This document shows positions 61,701-64,000 of a stretch of 64,000 bases of DNA, in pieces. Position 1 is the first letter of the stretch. Each line of letters begins with the position of its first letter. Source of the stretch: Chitinophagales bacterium (GTDB lineage Bacteria > Bacteroidota > Bacteroidia > Chitinophagales > JADIYW01); NCBI GenBank assembly GCA_965216955.1, contig CBDCGV010000011.1, positions 301,125 through 365,124 on the forward strand, given 5' to 3'. The notes beneath the pieces are model-generated. The model made no database searches and was not told the origin of the DNA. It saw nothing but the letters and a program-made list of their open reading frames with translations. A program made the translations under genes and the position numbers.

Positions 61701-62163
61701 CTACATCTAATTTTTCTCCAACATTCATATGAATGATGTTCTCACTCAATTTTTTAGCCTCCACAATTTTCTCAACAAGGGCCTCTGGATAAGAAACAAT
61801 TATTTCTCCTCTGGTTTGACTATGCATTAACCTATTTAAAGTTTCTGTGCGAAGTCGAATGTTGTTTTTATTTACTTCTTCAAATTGACCTACTTTTTTG
61901 AACGAATCTGGAAAGAAAAGAATATCCTTCTTCTCCAATAAGTTGCTTATATCATTTTCGAAATATGCGGCTTCCTCTTTGTCATTCAAAATAAATAAAT
62001 GGCTTCTGCCAACTTCTTTAAATATGGTAGAGGAGATCATTGCCTTTTGCGACCCAATAAGCCCTTGTGTAATAATGGAAGATTCTTGACCCTTTAAAAA
62101 GTCAATCAGTGCTCTAACATTGGGTGATTGAGCATATAATTGTAATAGGTCGCTTAGCTGCAT
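58798..62163 (-). CDS. mfd: Transcription-repair coupling factor
   Basis: UvrB-like N-terminus, CarD/TRCF RID (HIDHGVG), GDVGFGKTEVA, DEEQKFGV, QLRGRVGRS, RGAGNLLG. Confidence 0.97.
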   Translation of the reverse strand: MQLSDLLQLYAQSPNVRALIDFLKGQESSIITQGLIGSQKAMISSTIFKEVGRSHLFILNDKEEAAYFENDISNLLEKKDILFFPDSFKKVGQFEEVNKNNIRLRTETLNRLMHSQTRGEIIVSYPEALVEKIVEAKKLSENIIHMNVGEKLDVDFIVDLLVEYGFKRTDFVYEPGEFSIRGGIVDIFSFGNDFPYRVELFDDEVESLRTFDPESQLSKKRIKELTIIPDINTQFSKELNATIFDFTPENLIIWVNDFSITKDLLQNLYEKALEEFSRLELVDVDEDHPFKQQKIDAVFEKKENILEHFNKYQKIYFKKDTRTTALKVIDFDATPQPNFNRNFDLLISDLNGNTLNNTLNFLFTENVKQIERFYHIFEDSGKEVQFHPVSKALSVGFVDRDLKLVCYTDHQIFNRFHKYTLKQGYNKSKALSIKALRDLQPGDYVTHIDHGVGVFSGLERIEVNGQQQEAVRLKYQNNDLLYVNINSLHKISKYSGKEGQVPRINKLGSDAWQNLKRKTKRKVRDIAKELIALYAKRKAQVGFQFSEDSYLQDELEASFIYEDTPDQLKATQSVKADMEKNVPMDRLVCGDVGFGKTEVAIRAAFKAVADNKQVAVLVPTTILALQHYKTFSKRLENYPCTVDYLNRFKTTKQKNETLKGLADGTIDIVIGTHALLGKKTMFKNLGLLIIDEEQKFGVGAKEKLRSLAVNIDTLTLTATPIPRTLKFSLMGARDFSIMQTPPPNRQPVTTEVHPFDHRLIKEAIEYEVYRGGQVFFVHNRIKDIVEIEIMLKKILPNIEIEVAHGQMDGKKLESKMLDFIDGKFDLLLSTNIVESGLDIPNANTIIINNAHHFGLSDLHQLRGRVGRSNKKAFCYLFSPPMSTLTTDARRRLKTLEEFSDLGSGFNIAMRDMDIRGAGNLLGAEQSGFIADIGFDMYHKILDEAIQELKYTEFKELFKEEIASKEEFVNDCQIDTDVEMLIPQSYVTNGEERLRLYTEMDNLSEEEHLLTFKTKMIDRFGPLPHAVEELFNGLRLRWLAKKIGFERLSLKRKKLRCYFISKQDSPYYESAIFQLVLNYVQKQNRRSTLKQTPKHLLLVFENVKNVTFAKLLLEDLLEQISE

Positions 62164-63146
62164 TATTCGTAAATCACAAATTCATCAAAGAAATATTCAT
62201 GCTCCCATGCAGTTGCTTTTCTTTTGTTGCTTTTAATCATTAATTGATAAAGTCTGTTATTTACCAAATACGTACGCAGTTTGTAATTATAGAATTGATC
62301 TCTAAAAACATATTCTTCACATGGGTAATTATATATAGTCAAAGGCAAATGATACAACAGAGCACTATTATGTAAATCGTCTATTTGCTCCAAAACTTTA
62401 TCTCTAATAATTAATGGATTGGGTTCGTTTTCATAATCTCGATAAGTAATAATATAGTTGATTCCACCTTCATTCTCCAAAGCTTTACTATTCAAATTGT
62501 AAGACGCCTTGCTCTTTTTAACAAAAAAGTTTTTATCTAAAGGCTTTTCTGGAAACTTTATGTTGAATTTACCCTCCTTTATTTCGAGCCATTCCTTCAG
62601 GCTTTTAACAGCTATTTGCTCCGTTTCCTTTTCGATTGTAGCAGGGATAGTATAACTTTCTAAAAAATAATTGAACACTTCATTCTCTTGATTCGCAAAT
62701 GCTGAAACTTTAAAAGCATACCCTTTGAAATAAAAAAAATCAGCATTCAAAAATTGTCCATTTAAAGTCTGGTATTTTACTCTAAAAATTTTGGTGTCCT
62801 CCTTTTTTAATCTACTCTTATCAATGATTTTAGCACCATACTGTAATCCTGTTTGCTCTTGCCATTGATTAATCAGCATCTCTATATCCTTCGTTTTAAC
62901 AACTCCCGTTTTAAAAAAAGAGAAAATAAGCTCTGTTTCACTATCTGTTTTACAGATGTATTTACTGGTTTCTTTTGCTCCTCCAACTGCATAAAACTCT
63001 CCTTTTTGATAACTAATTTGATCGGGAAAAAATACTTTTACTTCTGTTGCTTCTTCAACAACCGGCAACCAGCTTTTATTAGATTCCTGAGCCTCTGCTA
63101 AAACAAACAGGCACAATATTAGTGATATCGTAAATATGCGCTTCAT
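62163..63146 (-). CDS. Exported hypothetical protein with two tandem PsbP/DcrB-like halves
   Basis: Signal peptide; two similar halves ending YFLESY and YFFDEF, each preceded by FP..P and YAFKV/RLYQL strands. Confidence 0.7.
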   Translation of the reverse strand: MKRIFTISLILCLFVLAEAQESNKSWLPVVEEATEVKVFFPDQISYQKGEFYAVGGAKETSKYICKTDSETELIFSFFKTGVVKTKDIEMLINQWQEQTGLQYGAKIIDKSRLKKEDTKIFRVKYQTLNGQFLNADFFYFKGYAFKVSAFANQENEVFNYFLESYTIPATIEKETEQIAVKSLKEWLEIKEGKFNIKFPEKPLDKNFFVKKSKASYNLNSKALENEGGINYIITYRDYENEPNPLIIRDKVLEQIDDLHNSALLYHLPLTIYNYPCEEYVFRDQFYNYKLRTYLVNNRLYQLMIKSNKRKATAWEHEYFFDEFVIYE

Positions 63147-63213
63147 TAATGTCGTAAATATAAGATTATGAAAGGTTCTGTGCGATAAAAATCCTCTATG
63201 TTAATTTAATATT

Positions 63214-63221
63214 TAAATTTG
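63214..63221 (+). promoter_or_regulatory. -7 promoter element immediately before the cytochrome c gene (leaderless or very short leader)
   Basis: TAAATTTG ending 5 nt before the GTG at 63227. Confidence 0.55.
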
Positions 63222-63226
63222 CTTTC

Positions 63227-64000
63227 GTGAAAAGAAATTACTATTTAAAATTATTGTTGGTATTACTTGCTATTAATTTGCATTGCAATGGTCAAATAAG
63301 AGTAATTGAGAGGATCGTAGAGAACCCAGAAACAACAGAGGTAAAAACATATTATAAAACGCAATACAAAGGTGACCTTTTGTTCCAAAAACACTGTACT
63401 TCATGTCATTCTTTTGATGAAAGAGTAATTGGTGCACCCTTAAGAGATATTCACTTAATAAGAGATTTTGACTGGTTAAGGACTTTTTTATCCAACCCTC
63501 AAAAATTAGACGTTAGTGACGATGCTATTTCAAGGGCATATAAAGCAGAGTATGGTAGTATTACTCACGAAACGAATCAATCACTTTCTATTACGGATAT
63601 TGAAAACATTATTTTATTCATCCAAGAAGAAAGTGATGGTGCAGATTTTGATCAAAGCAGATTAAAAGAAGATTACATCGCTTTTGAGAAAAACATTGAT
63701 ATAAAAACAGGTGATTATAGATATTACCATCCCAATGGCAAACTTTCTCACCATTATATTTATAATAATGGCCTACCTTGGAAGGTTGTTGAAGTAAACG
63801 ATCCCTTTGGCGTTCCAGTACAAAAGGGGACATTAAACAATGGTAGTGGCACATTATATATTTACGACGAATATGGGAACAAAGAAAGTGTTACTACTTT
63901 TAGAAATGGATTTAGAAATGGTGAATACAAACAATACTTTGACGGTGGAAAAATTGAGCTGTTAGGTTTCTACAATGACGGAAAGGCCAACGGCACCTGG
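63227..64000 (+). CDS. Exported c-type cytochrome fused to MORN-variant (YwqK-like) repeats; truncated by the window end
   Basis: Not in the ORF track. 258 open codons from GTG: signal peptide, GDLLFQKHCTSCH, class I cytochrome c helices, then GDYRYYHPNGK, GEYKQYFDGGK, GFYNDGKANGTW. Confidence 0.85.
   Translation, partial: MKRNYYLKLLLVLLAINLHCNGQIRVIERIVENPETTEVKTYYKTQYKGDLLFQKHCTSCHSFDERVIGAPLRDIHLIRDFDWLRTFLSNPQKLDVSDDAISRAYKAEYGSITHETNQSLSITDIENIILFIQEESDGADFDQSRLKEDYIAFEKNIDIKTGDYRYYHPNGKLSHHYIYNNGLPWKVVEVNDPFGVPVQKGTLNNGSGTLYIYDEYGNKESVTTFRNGFRNGEYKQYFDGGKIELLGFYNDGKANGTW

Noticed and set aside
63179-63206. dif-like site TGTGCGATAAA-aatcct-CTATGTTAATT
   Set aside because: The inner ATAA/TTAT symmetry needed for XerCD is broken, and it overlaps an AT-rich divergent promoter; likely chance.
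101-63854. Numerous 60-180 aa ORFs in the track antisense to or nested in long genes (e.g. 38523..39056, 25294..25659, 63618..63854)
   Set aside because: Shadow ORFs of well-supported genes on the opposite strand or frame, with no motifs.
63700-64000. YwqK-like repeats as the antitoxin of a toxin-antitoxin system
   Set aside because: That label is a generic annotation for MORN-variant repeats; no toxin gene is visible and the protein is an exported cytochrome fusion.
1-64000. CRISPR array, prophage, IS element, rRNA or tRNA
   Set aside because: No regularly spaced repeats, no integrase, transposase or phage genes, and no intergenic gap longer than about 290 bp.

Overview
AT-rich core-chromosome segment of a Bacteroidota bacterium, probably a free-living Chitinophagia/Saprospiria/Flavobacteriia-like lineage. 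The assignment rests on gldB, T9SS C-terminal domains, TAnnTTTG -7 promoters and Gln after predicted signal-peptide cleavage sites. About 50 protein-coding genes are present: housekeeping (nadE, adk, asd, dut, recQ, obgE, thiL, mfd, AddB-like nuclease), envelope (lptC, PpiD-like, EnvC-like, lytic transglycosylase, flippase, alpha-2-macroglobulin, OM barrels) and secreted proteins (lamin-tail-domain protein, M43 protease). I found no rRNA, tRNA, CRISPR array, integrase, transposase or recognisable defence system, and I cannot support a claim of a large new system. The best leads are: (1) an ORF missing from the track at the right edge, fusing a c-type cytochrome with His in the usual distal-Met position to MORN-variant repeats; (2) a lipoprotein plus TonB receptor pair with a repeat-rich promoter region and an internal 16-bp hairpin; (3) a TetR cassette with a visible operator and an SDR lacking the catalytic Tyr; (4) a small protein ending in GCGG divergent from a 2OG-Fe(II) oxygenase; (5) four or five +1 frameshifts in short homopolymers, including a hidden one in lptC, most likely assembly errors. 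All family calls are from motif recognition by eye, with no database search.
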